From NCBI GenBank assembly GCA_965140415.1, contig OZ223209.1, positions 1,888,001 to 1,952,000 on the forward strand: a DNA stretch of 64,000 bases, in the 5' to 3' direction. A program made the translations under genes and the position numbers. The first letter of the stretch is position 1. Every line of letters begins with the position of its first letter. Below, one piece after another: positions 54,801 through 63,433 of the stretch. The DNA comes from Myxococcota bacterium. Lineage in GTDB: Bacteria > Myxococcota_A > SURF-8. Under the pieces are notes generated by a model that was not told where the DNA came from, made no database searches, and worked only from the letters and a program-made list of their open reading frames with translations.

Positions 54801-55292
54801 AGTTGCAACAACATCGATGATGATTGCGATGGCGTGGTAGATAATCATATCAGCAGTGCGGAAGATAATTACGAACCGAATGAAACAGCGAGCACCGCTT
54901 ACGATCTGGGTACCGTGGCGACCGATGCCAATCAGGAAAGTTTCCCTGGTACGATCTATCCGGCTGGGGATGTAGACTATCTGATGTTCTATGCACATGA
55001 AGTCAGTAGCATTTGTGTCCCGTTTACTAATGAGTCATTCACTATCGAAGTGTTGTTGACGCCGCCCACCGGTGAAGACTGCGTGGACTACGATCTGGTA
55101 TTGTACGATGCCGATGGCAACTATCTCCGCTCCAGTTCATTGAGCGGCTGTGCTACTGAAACGATACAATACACTTGGGCGGGAGTGTGTACGCAAAACG
55201 ACTCTCGCTATTTCAAAGTGAGAATTCGTCCCTGGGAAGATGCCTGGGAGTGTGAAAGCTACACGTTATTTGTCGATTGGTGGCAGAACTAG
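51831..55292 (+). CDS. Giant Cys-rich surface lipoprotein C: acidic DGD stalk, MopE-like motifs, three long Cys-rich repeats, C-terminal PPC-like domain
   Basis: Start MLRCKQIVW at 51831 (GGAG SD); lipobox GFGC; DCDE......GVAESCDGVDNNCDG.TDEG; E.CNNIDDDCDG; D.YEPNE....A, GDVDY..F, DYDL.LYD. Confidence 0.82.
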   Translation: MLRCKQIVWIIVVLFVGFGCTIGGGDSEDGDQIVVTPDGDNSSVDADWNQTPDGDADPDPVFPEDGDQETDGDDVIDGDSDIDADESEIDSPVDGDTLETDSDLQPDGDLERLEQDLDSESCDEDEFVPDGDLDIEPEIEEVELDEEIEADAEAELEPEMEPEADWEMETDCFEFDWEPDEETDEPLVPCSNNTECNDDVVCTLDMCFNGYCYNLIDHSLCSPGEVCSRSQDCQPAAGRLCESCSVTLQNCPRSNDVCAPANGSMSASCLLPCDSYESCPPGFTCNEVAISFGVTRYACEPDNHLCCLDEDEDGAGIGVDCAAFDCDETDGAIREGVAESCDGVDNNCDGSTDEGENLCPAAHCDGNGQDGYTVYVASSCEEGQCSTPTGTPCGAFSCIGGGSVGDICATSCTDEQSCIDGAACQQGVCVAVFQNGSPCVYSSNCESGHCQNGYCCSAGDCCSAVQNCPEDYSRAPACDTPETCQGSRLDAQCVDYQCSSVTVDDDSGCTALELARSCEWFADLYCNGQLDQDVLQCPETCSSNWDCDSGAHCDEICVADLPNGAECDEVSDCESAHCQNGYCCASGDCCDHAAHCPESYAEEAICDNHVSCQGHRRDATCIDGKCGSIYDIEDDSACDSSIVSKTCGYYQPATCNGDPNQSEPSCPTFCQSDSQCVEQAHCDGQCQLDFPSGSPCDEDSDCESGHCQNGFCCAAGDCCYSAANCPAGYSQSPVCDDTATCQGHRNEAACVNNICQTGSALDDDRGCTGSVLAKNCGYYLPRYCSGSTVQSEPQCPVSCTGDSQCIGGAHCQGGLCVPDQGIGQVCSGTDQCSDGLYCIDGVCCSSVCDGLCRRCDLPGREGICSNIAYGDDPDLECGLVTCGGYYYGWEDNICYRAANVSGADVSCNGQGSCQTAADLCLSQPRGVQEIVCNETCQQPDTGTCTGTSIGECNNLDLGNLTCGTGACQRTVPACENGAANVCVPGNPGNESCNNIDDDCDGVVDNHISSAEDNYEPNETASTAYDLGTVATDANQESFPGTIYPAGDVDYLMFYAHEVSSICVPFTNESFTIEVLLTPPTGEDCVDYDLVLYDADGNYLRSSSLSGCATETIQYTWAGVCTQNDSRYFKVRIRPWEDAWECESYTLFVDWWQN
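53133..54293 (+). repeat. Three 128-130-aa Cys-rich tandem repeats (units start at 53133, 53517 and 53904)
   Basis: Each unit starts .G..C...S.CES.HCQNG(Y/F)CC..GDCC....CP..Y.....CD...CQG.R..A.C....C......DD..C; a divergent fourth start lies at 54294. Confidence 0.9.
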
Positions 55293-55371
55293 GATGACTA
55301 TGGAGAAGCTATCGGAATGTAAGCAACCGGGAGAATTCATCATCGTGACTGTTTGGCCTGCCTGAAAACCG

Positions 55372-57099
55372 ATGTCCATCAACCTGATGCATTGTGAAAA
55401 CGGTTTGTATTTCCGTTGTTTGGTACGGAGCGTGCTGTGGTGTGTGCTGATCGGCTGTTGTTGCATGCATGTGGAGATCTGTCATGCACAAAAATCAGGG
55501 TTTCCCTTCGATCCAAACGAGCTGTCGAAAAACGCATTGAACAAGGAAAATGTAAGTAACTTCTCCGAACAGAATGAACCGCTAAAGGATGTATTCATCA
55601 AAGGAAACGTTTGCGTAGAGGATGCGGTTCTCGTCGATCTGATTCGTCCGATGAGCAAGCAGCAGTTTCTTTTAGGCAAGGCGACTATGATTCGTAAGCG
55701 CTTGCTTGAGTATTACATGGCCAAAGGCTATCGGCTGGTGCGTGTGTGGACGAAAATTCACCGTGGCAAGATCTATGTGTCCATCGATGAAGGACGCTTG
55801 GAAAAGATCATCATTCGGGGACGCGACCCGCTACAGACGTCGCTGATGCATTTAACCATCAAGCTGCCGTTCAATGTGTACAATCAGTATGTAATGGAAG
55901 AGGAACTGGAGAAGCTCAAAAAGCGATTCTGGGTCAAGCATGTTTCGGTGCAATTCGACGAATCCCCACCGGTAACGCATGCCGGTTGGCAGCTTTCGGA
56001 TCAGGAGTTTGCATGGTTTCCCAAGGCCGGGGCTTATGAAATGCACGTGTTGCTCGGCATTCATAAACTCAGCGATGGGCCGGGCTTGGAATTGCGTATG
56101 GAATCGTCTTATGGTGTGGTGCCGGAAGCCTTTTACCGCCATAGTGGGTTCTTTTTCGATGAAGGGGATGATTTTCGAATCGGACTGGCTAGTGGCTATT
56201 GGGTCCGCAAGAGTCTGAACACCGGTGATTACGGGGTGGATTTTACGTATGTCGGATTGAACGCAACCTACGATTTTCCGAAAATCGCGGATCTATTACA
56301 GTTCAATCTTGCGATTTCGAGTGAGTTGAGCAAATACCAGCGAACGGATTTACCCTTGGATAGTTATTGGGATTTTTCCAATCAAGTCGTTTTAGGGATG
56401 CAGTTCGATGTGTACAAAGGTTTGAATCTGGGGATTGGCGTTTGCGGCGGTCATAAAAATGTCTTTTCAATTGAAAAGGTGGTGGGAAAAGACTTTTATC
56501 TCAATCCCTTTCGACATTGGCGATTTTCGGTGCCGCTTACGCTGGAATACGACTGGAGCGAAGATGAGATCCGGCGGGATCGTCACAGCAATTTCAGTTT
56601 CTCCTTTGTGCCGTACCTGGTCGATGTCAGCATCTTCTATCGTTTCGATGCGAGTTATCAACACCTGTTCGATTTCGGGTATCACGATTTGTGGTTGAAG
56701 GCTCGCACTGTGATTACCCTGGAACCATCGGTGTTTTACGATGAAGTCCCGCTGGCCGGGAAATTGTTGAGATCCTTTTATAGTGAAAGCTATTACATCG
56801 ATAACGCCTCGTGGTTGTCGTTGGAGTTTCGTGGTTCGATCTACCGCGATATCTGGAAGTTGTCTATCTATCACGATTTCGCACTCTTTCGTAAAATCTC
56901 GCACGATCCTAAAGCGCTACAGAACGCCAATTATCGCATGGACGACGAGTCGACTTCGTTGGCCTGGGCGAATTCTTTCGGTCCCGGCGTGCACTGGTTG
57001 ATATTGGACAGTTTCCAACTGGATCTGTATTGCGCTTTCGGCTTTGCGCCAAGCGGTTTTGCGGTAAATCCTTATTTTCGTTTGTTGAAGGTGTTTTGA
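55372..57099 (+). CDS. Omp85-superfamily-like outer-membrane protein (POTRA-like N-terminus plus beta-barrel)
   Basis: L..V.I.GN.......L, L.EYY..KGY....V........V.IDEG.L..I POTRA pattern; aromatic-rich beta strands; C-terminal YFRLLKVF beta-signal. Confidence 0.65.
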   Translation: MSINLMHCENGLYFRCLVRSVLWCVLIGCCCMHVEICHAQKSGFPFDPNELSKNALNKENVSNFSEQNEPLKDVFIKGNVCVEDAVLVDLIRPMSKQQFLLGKATMIRKRLLEYYMAKGYRLVRVWTKIHRGKIYVSIDEGRLEKIIIRGRDPLQTSLMHLTIKLPFNVYNQYVMEEELEKLKKRFWVKHVSVQFDESPPVTHAGWQLSDQEFAWFPKAGAYEMHVLLGIHKLSDGPGLELRMESSYGVVPEAFYRHSGFFFDEGDDFRIGLASGYWVRKSLNTGDYGVDFTYVGLNATYDFPKIADLLQFNLAISSELSKYQRTDLPLDSYWDFSNQVVLGMQFDVYKGLNLGIGVCGGHKNVFSIEKVVGKDFYLNPFRHWRFSVPLTLEYDWSEDEIRRDRHSNFSFSFVPYLVDVSIFYRFDASYQHLFDFGYHDLWLKARTVITLEPSVFYDEVPLAGKLLRSFYSESYYIDNASWLSLEFRGSIYRDIWKLSIYHDFALFRKISHDPKALQNANYRMDDESTSLAWANSFGPGVHWLILDSFQLDLYCAFGFAPSGFAVNPYFRLLKVF

Positions 57100-57740
57100 T
57101 GACAAGGTGGTTTTCCGGACATTTCATGTGCTGTAGTAGACGGTTAATTCTGGCCGTTTTCATGCTGATGCTTTGGAGTCAGACGGCGGTTGCAACGGAG
57201 GTCGTAGAGATGCCGCTAAACCCACCTCGCGACCAGTGGCTGGATAAGCTGACTTTCGTGCCCAAATTCAGTTACCAGTTTTTCATGCAACAGGAAAACA
57301 CCACGCTTACCGTACCGATGCGCCACGGCGCTCAGTTGCAGTATGATATCGACGTCGGCGATCAGGGATATGTTGGAGAATTCGCCCCGTATTTCTCCGT
57401 GCAGTGGCCCGATAGTGGCGATGTGTTGCTGGGTGGCGGACTGGTTTTCGATCTGGTTTATCGTTTCGATTTCGAAGGAATCGCACCCAGTTTTGGGGTA
57501 GGTATGCGTTTGGGGTATGTGCATGCGGATGACTTAGGGCATGGATTGGATATCTACGGGCGATTTCCTGTCGCTTGTACTTTTTATCTTAGCCCGGATT
57601 TCGCCATCCATCTGGAAATTGGTGTTTTATACGGTATCACCGGCTTTTGGATCGCCGATGCTTCAGGCAATGGCGATAAGGAAATTCACTTCGTCGATGG
57701 GTTCGGAGTCGATGCAGGCATCGGCTTCCGCTTTCCTTGA
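57099..57740 (+). CDS. Small outer-membrane beta-barrel protein
   Basis: TGATG translational coupling; signal peptide ending AVA; alternating beta-strand pattern, ends GVDAGIGFRFP. Confidence 0.65.
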   Translation: MTRWFSGHFMCCSRRLILAVFMLMLWSQTAVATEVVEMPLNPPRDQWLDKLTFVPKFSYQFFMQQENTTLTVPMRHGAQLQYDIDVGDQGYVGEFAPYFSVQWPDSGDVLLGGGLVFDLVYRFDFEGIAPSFGVGMRLGYVHADDLGHGLDIYGRFPVACTFYLSPDFAIHLEIGVLYGITGFWIADASGNGDKEIHFVDGFGVDAGIGFRFP

Positions 57741-58064
57741 AACTTTTCTCTTTTGCTAACATTTCTTTTTTTTACTACTCCTGCCGATTTTCATCTTAAC
57801 AGTATACTGAGAATACACATAAACCTAATAATATCAATGCGATATGCAAGGCATTGCTATTGTCATTCATAGGGTCGGAATCCATTTTCGGTTTTGTAAA
57901 TTAACCGAATCTGAATTTGCCAATCATAATATCCGAACATACGAACCCCATTCTAGCCCCATCATGAACGACGGAAAAAGCAGCAGATAGAAGCTGCGCC
58001 GAGTTCAGAAATGATCGAATCACGAGTGTTGTAGCTTGGTTTGATAATTAACAAGGAGAACGAA

Positions 58065-59429
58065 ATGAAAAAGAATGGTTTAATGGTTTTGCTTTTACTG
58101 TCGATGTTGCTGATGGCCGTGTCCTGCGGTGGCGACGATGAGGGTGACAACAACAACAACGACGGCGGCATCGCACAGTGCGACGGCGATGTCTGCACGC
58201 TTTCGGGTACCATCACAGAGGATCTCACGTTGACCTCCGATATCCAGTGGGTGCTGCGTGGTATGGTCGCGGTTGGTGACGATGTAAACCAGACCATCCT
58301 GACCATCGAACCCGGAACCACCATTTACGGTGAAAGCTCCACCAACGGTTTTTTGGTGATTACCCGCCATTCCAAAATCATGGCGGAAGGCACGGCGGAT
58401 GCGCCGATCGTGTTCACCTCTTCCAAGGAAGTCGGTAGCCGATCTCGCGGAGATTGGGGTGGCCTGATCATCAACGGATTGGCGCCGGTCAACGGATGCG
58501 AAGAAGAAGGCGTGGTTTGCGAGTCCTTCGGCGAAGGCGGCACGGGTTGGTACGGCGGCGACGATGCGGCTGATAACAGCGGTGTGTTGCGCTACGTGCG
58601 CGTGGAATTTGCAGGAACGATCATCAGCCCGGATAACGAGTTGAACGGAATTGCATTTCAGGGTGTGGGCAGTGGCACCACCGTGGAGTACATCCAGGTT
58701 CACATGAACAAAGATGATGGCGTTGAATTCTTCGGCGGCACTGTTAACGTGAAATACGCGCTTGTGACCGGTCCGGCAGACGATTGCTTCGACTGGACCG
58801 ACGGCTGGCAGGGCATGGCCCAGTTCGTCGTCTTGCAACAATATGATGATGCGGGCGATCAGGGTATCGAAGCGGACAACAACGCTGAAGACAATGCTGC
58901 AACGCCGCGCTCCAAGCCGACCCTGTCCAACTTCACGATCATCGGATCGCCGGATTCGGAAGCCTCGGATCTGGGTATGCTGTTACGCGAAGGCACCGGC
59001 GCCAACATCAGCAACTTCATCGTGACCGGTTTCAACGATGCCTGCTTGGATCTTGATCACACCGAAACCTTCGAAAACGCGATGAGCGGCGATACTCTCA
59101 GTGGTGAGTTGACCATCACCAACAGCATTCTCGACTGCGTGACCAACTTCAAGATGGATAACGAAAAGGACGAGGATGACAACGCCATCACCGATCCGTT
59201 CAGCGTTGAAGATTTCTATAATGACCAGGACGGCAACCAGCTTACCGATCCGCAGTTGGCCGATGCGATGAATCAGGCCGCTCCGGACTTCAGCCCGGCT
59301 TCCGGCTCTCCCGCTCTCTCCGGCGGTCAGGCTCCTTCCGATGCGTTCTTTACCGAAGCTTCTTTTATCGGTGCCATCGGTTCGGATAACGACTGGACCC
59401 AGGGCTGGACGACGCACGATCAGAACTAA
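58065..59429 (+). CDS. Acidic lipoprotein of probable beta-helix fold, from a family often found next to TonB-dependent transport genes
   Basis: AAGGAG SD; lipobox AVSC; LTIEPGT.I.G, A.GT..APIVFTS, GDWGGL.I.G.AP.N, YGG....DNSG.LRYVR.EFAG, NELNG....GVG.GT, DDGVEFFGGTVN, W..GWT. Confidence 0.8.
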   Translation: MKKNGLMVLLLLSMLLMAVSCGGDDEGDNNNNDGGIAQCDGDVCTLSGTITEDLTLTSDIQWVLRGMVAVGDDVNQTILTIEPGTTIYGESSTNGFLVITRHSKIMAEGTADAPIVFTSSKEVGSRSRGDWGGLIINGLAPVNGCEEEGVVCESFGEGGTGWYGGDDAADNSGVLRYVRVEFAGTIISPDNELNGIAFQGVGSGTTVEYIQVHMNKDDGVEFFGGTVNVKYALVTGPADDCFDWTDGWQGMAQFVVLQQYDDAGDQGIEADNNAEDNAATPRSKPTLSNFTIIGSPDSEASDLGMLLREGTGANISNFIVTGFNDACLDLDHTETFENAMSGDTLSGELTITNSILDCVTNFKMDNEKDEDDNAITDPFSVEDFYNDQDGNQLTDPQLADAMNQAAPDFSPASGSPALSGGQAPSDAFFTEASFIGAIGSDNDWTQGWTTHDQN

Positions 59430-59462
59430 GGATCGTTATTGTAAGTGACTATGGACAGCAAT

Positions 59463-59496
59463 ACGGCTGGCGGATCAATCGCGATCCGCCAGTCGT
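59463..59496 (+). other. Intergenic 14-bp stem-loop without a poly-U tail
   Basis: ACGGCTGGCGGATC-AATCGC-GATCCGCCAGTCGT. Confidence 0.7.
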
Positions 59497-59537
59497 GTCG
59501 TAACGAACAGGCTGAAAGCATGCAAAGCAGAATGGTT

Positions 59538-60317
59538 ATGTTTCAACGGTTTCACAAGGTTGCCTGGTTCTTCCTTGCATTTGCGTTTCTATTCACTACT
59601 TCAACGGCAAAGGCAGAGGAGCTTTCGGATCTGGCGGAGGCGTTGGTGAAACTACGTGGGGAAGTGGAAACGCTTTCGATGAAACTAGAGCAGCAGAAAA
59701 ACGATCAGGCGGATCGCCTGCGCTCATTGGCCAGACGGAAAACCGATCTGGAAGTTCAGATTCAGAAAGAAGAATTTCGCATCAAGCAGATCGGGCAGTC
59801 GCTGGAACGTCAGCGTGAATTGCTGGCGAAGGACAAAACGACAGGCGATACGCTTCGTCCCACCGTTCAGGCCTCGATCAAAGCCATCCGGGAATATGTC
59901 GAAGGCTCGCTTCCTTTTCAGAAATTCGAACGCTTAGCCGCCTTGGAAGAATTGCAACGAAAAATGGACAGCGGTCAGTTAAGTGAGCAACGCATCCTAC
60001 AGCGCTTGTGGGCATTCGTGGAAGATGAACTTCGCCTGACGCGCGAAAGTGGCTTGTACCGACAGAGCATTCAATTAAACGGCGAAGACAAGTTGGCGGA
60101 AATTGCCAGGGTCGGAATGATCATGCTTTTTTTCCAGACTTCCGATGGCGTCTGCGGTATGGCGAAACGCGAGAATTCAGGTTGGAGGTACGTAGCCGTC
60201 AGTGAGCCAAAGCCACGGGATCAGATCTTAACCCTGTTCGATTCGTTCAAAAAACAGATACGAAACGGGTACTTTGTGTTGCCTAATGCACTGTCTGAAA
60301 AGGAGGGTGCATTATGA
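59538..60317 (+). CDS. DUF3450 (TtpB-like) periplasmic coiled-coil protein
   Basis: Signal peptide, coiled coil, LPF...ER...L..L, E.E..L.RE.G.Y...I.L.G.....E..RVG...L.FQT.DG; first gene of a TonB2-type cluster. Confidence 0.8.
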   Translation: MFQRFHKVAWFFLAFAFLFTTSTAKAEELSDLAEALVKLRGEVETLSMKLEQQKNDQADRLRSLARRKTDLEVQIQKEEFRIKQIGQSLERQRELLAKDKTTGDTLRPTVQASIKAIREYVEGSLPFQKFERLAALEELQRKMDSGQLSEQRILQRLWAFVEDELRLTRESGLYRQSIQLNGEDKLAEIARVGMIMLFFQTSDGVCGMAKRENSGWRYVAVSEPKPRDQILTLFDSFKKQIRNGYFVLPNALSEKEGAL

Positions 60318-61747
60318 AAATCTGCATGAAATGGGTCTTTCTGTTCGTTCTGTTAGTACACTCTCTGCCTGCATTAGCGGCGGATAAAGCCGATCTACAG
60401 GCGGCGTATAAAAAGGAATTTGCATTTTTAGATGCCGAGCGTCGCAACATGCAAATGCGATTGAAGAAATTGCAGGACGAAGGCGACGAGCGCATTCGGT
60501 CGGCGGAACGGGAGTTGAACACGCTACAAAGCAAACTATTGGGACTAAGCGCCCAGGCCGATGGCCTCTCGGATCGCTTATTGGAGCTGGATAGGGACAG
60601 TGAGCAGGTAGGAGAAAAGCAGGAAACGCTTTTAGCCGTGTTCCAACAAGCGCAGAGAAGTTTGGCAGAATACGATGTCAAGGTGCAGGAACTGGATTCG
60701 GAAAAACCGGAATTGTTGTTGGAAAATATTCCGGATGTCTATGCCAAGGCGGCTGTACTGCTTGGCCAATTGAACACGGTACGCCGCCAGGAGGGTGAAT
60801 TCTTTCTTCAAGACGGAACCCTGGAAAAAGGCGATCTGATTCTGATCGGAAATGTGGCCAGCTATGGTGTGGGAACTCGCGGTGCCGGTGCATTGGCTCC
60901 GGTAGGTGATGGTCGCTTGAAAATCTGGCCTGAAGCAACTGAAGAAGTCGCGCGTGATTTCGCGGCGGGTGAGATTCCGCAGACATTGAACATTTTTCTG
61001 TACGACACAAAAGAAAAGAGCATCGAACCAAAAGAAGGCAAGACCGCGCTGGCCGTTATCGAAAGCGGTGGGGTGATCGCCTGGGTAATCGTCTTCATGG
61101 GTTTGATCACCCTGGTGCTGGTGCTGTTGCGTATCCTGTTCCTCTCTCGGGCTGCATCGAATACCGATGAACTGATAGCACGTGTTTCTCCGCTGATCGA
61201 ACAAGGCTGGCGCGAGGAGGCGATTGAACTGTGCAAGCAACGCAGAGGCGCCACGGCGAGGGTTCTGGTCGCAACGATCAAGCACCTGGACACGGAGCGG
61301 GAAAATCTGGAAGACATCGTTTCCGAGCAGATTTTGCATGAGACGCCGTACCTGGAGCGTTTCGGTGCGATCATTCTTGTGCTGGCCGCCGTGGCTCCGC
61401 TAATGGGTTTACTGGGTACCGTGACCGGAATGATTTCCACCTTCGATATCATCACCGAATTCGGCACCGGCGATCCCAAGATGCTCTCCGGTGGAATATC
61501 GGAGGCGCTGGTTACCACCGAATTAGGTCTGATTGTGGCGATTCCAGCGTTATTGTTTGGCAATCTGCTAAGCGGGTGGGCGAACCGGATTAAAGTCGGT
61601 ATGGAACAAGCCGCGCTGAAACTGATTAACGTCTATGTGCTCTACGGCGAACCCCGTAGTCAGATGGTTGGGAAATCCGAGAAAACGAATCGTACAGATA
61701 AAACGGTTTCCGTAGAGACGTCGCAAGGTAATGGGGCCGGTGCATGA
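60314..61747 (+). CDS. TtpC-like MotA/TolQ/ExbB proton-channel protein with large periplasmic N-terminal domain
   Basis: Signal peptide plus coiled coil; APLMGLLGTVTGMI.TF..IT.FGTGDPK.LSGGISEALVTT.LGL.VAIP. Confidence 0.9.
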   Translation: MKICMKWVFLFVLLVHSLPALAADKADLQAAYKKEFAFLDAERRNMQMRLKKLQDEGDERIRSAERELNTLQSKLLGLSAQADGLSDRLLELDRDSEQVGEKQETLLAVFQQAQRSLAEYDVKVQELDSEKPELLLENIPDVYAKAAVLLGQLNTVRRQEGEFFLQDGTLEKGDLILIGNVASYGVGTRGAGALAPVGDGRLKIWPEATEEVARDFAAGEIPQTLNIFLYDTKEKSIEPKEGKTALAVIESGGVIAWVIVFMGLITLVLVLLRILFLSRAASNTDELIARVSPLIEQGWREEAIELCKQRRGATARVLVATIKHLDTERENLEDIVSEQILHETPYLERFGAIILVLAAVAPLMGLLGTVTGMISTFDIITEFGTGDPKMLSGGISEALVTTELGLIVAIPALLFGNLLSGWANRIKVGMEQAALKLINVYVLYGEPRSQMVGKSEKTNRTDKTVSVETSQGNGAGA

Positions 61748-62355
61748 CGGAGATTTTTACCAGGCTGTTCGACTATTTCGGTCAGGGCGGTTTCGTCATG
61801 CCACCGCTGATTCTTGGCACCCTGGTGCTCTGGTATGCGCTGGGGTATCGCTTCGCCACACTGAAACGCGGTAACGCTCGCAGCGTCCGGGTGCTGGTTG
61901 AGCGCTATTCTAGCGGATACGAGCGCGAAGCCAAGGGAATCATCGACCGGGCTGTGCGGCTGGGACTTTCCATCAAAGCCAACCGAACCGAAGAACTGCG
62001 CAACTATCTGGACGAAGCCTTCTATCCCTTCGTGCGCGATATCGATGCCTACGCCGTGCTGGTAAGAGCCATCGTGGTGGCCGCTCCCTTAGCCGGATTG
62101 CTGGGCACCGTTACCGGTATGATCGAAACTTTCGATTCACTGGGAGATATGTCGCTGTATTCGCAGTCGGGAGGCATCGCAGGCGGAATATCCCAGGCAT
62201 TGTTTTCCACTCAGATGGGTTTGGCAGTGGCTGTACCGGGTCGAGTAGCGGGGCGTATTCTGGACCGTAAGCAGCAGACGCTGGTGCGGGAACTGGAGCA
62301 GATCAAGGATATTCTGTGCACAAGTAGTGATGGTGGGAACGAGAGGAACGTATGA
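61744..62355 (+). CDS. exbB: ExbB
   Basis: QGG.VM.PL, APL.GLLGTV.GMI.TF, GGIS.AL..TQ.GL.VA.P. Confidence 0.9.
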   Translation: MTEIFTRLFDYFGQGGFVMPPLILGTLVLWYALGYRFATLKRGNARSVRVLVERYSSGYEREAKGIIDRAVRLGLSIKANRTEELRNYLDEAFYPFVRDIDAYAVLVRAIVVAAPLAGLLGTVTGMIETFDSLGDMSLYSQSGGIAGGISQALFSTQMGLAVAVPGRVAGRILDRKQQTLVRELEQIKDILCTSSDGGNERNV

Positions 62356-62762
62356 AATTTCGAGAAACCAAGGAAACCGATGCGGGGATCGATATCTCAC
62401 CGTTGATCGATATGGTGTTCATTCTATTGATCTTCTTCATGGTCTCCACAACCTTCGTTAAGGATATGAAACTGGATCTGGAACGACCCTCCGCTTCCAG
62501 CGCCATGCAGGCCTCAACCAAAGCGCTGCGTGTGTTTATCGACAGCGGTGGTGATATCTTTGTGGATGGTACGCCAGTGCGTCCCTACATGTTGCAAAGT
62601 CGTGTACGGGATTTCGTAAAGGGCAGCACGGCTAAGACCGTATTGGTCGTAACGGATCGCCGGGTGGCTGCCGAGCGGCTGATCGAGGTGGTGGACCAAT
62701 GTCGCCTGGCCGGTGCAACGGATGTGGGAGTGGCAACGGAAAAGGAAGCGGGACGTGGTTGA
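62352..62762 (+). CDS. exbD: ExbD
   Basis: IDISPLIDMVFILLIFFMV.TTF (conserved TM Asp), V.V.D..R.AG. Confidence 0.93.
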   Translation: MKFRETKETDAGIDISPLIDMVFILLIFFMVSTTFVKDMKLDLERPSASSAMQASTKALRVFIDSGGDIFVDGTPVRPYMLQSRVRDFVKGSTAKTVLVVTDRRVAAERLIEVVDQCRLAGATDVGVATEKEAGRG

Positions 62763-63429
62763 GTTGCAGCGAAGTGAAGCGGATCGAGTGCAGGCCGAAA
62801 AAATGCGGCGCAAGATCGTTGCGATTTTGTGGATGCTGTTTGGTTCCTCCATGGTGTTTGCCCTGCTGTTGCTTATGAATGAATACATCGAAGCTCCCAA
62901 GCCGGATTCTTCCAAAACGGTATCGTCATTTAAGGTGGAAAAAAGAAAGCCACCGCAACCGCCAAAGCAAAAGACTCGACCCAAGCGCAGAAAGAAAACC
63001 CGGCGCAATCGCGCACCGCAGGCTCCACTGCCTCAGTTGGGAGGCTCCATTGCAGGACTGTCACTGGGGATACCCGACTTCGATGCGTCCGATGTGAGTC
63101 AACTCGTCGGTGGTGGACTGGGTAATGTGAAGGATGTCGTGATGACGGAAGACGCCGTGGACGATCCTCCGCGTGCACGTACGCGATCCGAGTTGGTGTA
63201 TCCCAAACGAGCAAGGGCAAAAGGGCAGGAGGGATACGTCACACTTAGCCTGCTCATCGATGCCAATGGCGAGGTCGTGCGCGTCAAAGTATTGGAAGCG
63301 CAACCAAGTGGCGTGTTCGAGGAAGCGGCCATCGAATCGGTAAAACAGTGGAGTTTCGAACCGGCGACATATAAAGGTGAGGCGGTGCGCGTGTGGGCCA
63401 GGCAGACCATCCGCTTCGACTTGAGGTAA
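62755..63429 (+). CDS. tonB: Energy transducer TonB
   Basis: N-terminal TM, Pro/Lys-rich linker, YP.RA...G.EG.V.L...ID..G.V....V....P..VFE.AA...V.QW.FEPA...G.AV; GTG start at 62755 inferred. Confidence 0.9.
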   Translation: MVELQRSEADRVQAEKMRRKIVAILWMLFGSSMVFALLLLMNEYIEAPKPDSSKTVSSFKVEKRKPPQPPKQKTRPKRRKKTRRNRAPQAPLPQLGGSIAGLSLGIPDFDASDVSQLVGGGLGNVKDVVMTEDAVDDPPRARTRSELVYPKRARAKGQEGYVTLSLLIDANGEVVRVKVLEAQPSGVFEEAAIESVKQWSFEPATYKGEAVRVWARQTIRFDLR

Positions 63430-63433
63430 ATGG

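Noticed and set aside
57741-58064. Pho box or Fur box upstream of the lipoprotein-Ttp operon
   Set aside because: The region is AT-rich with a single TGTCAT half-site and a short palindrome (CAGTATACTG), but has no 11-bp-spaced direct repeat or convincing 19-bp Fur inverted repeat.
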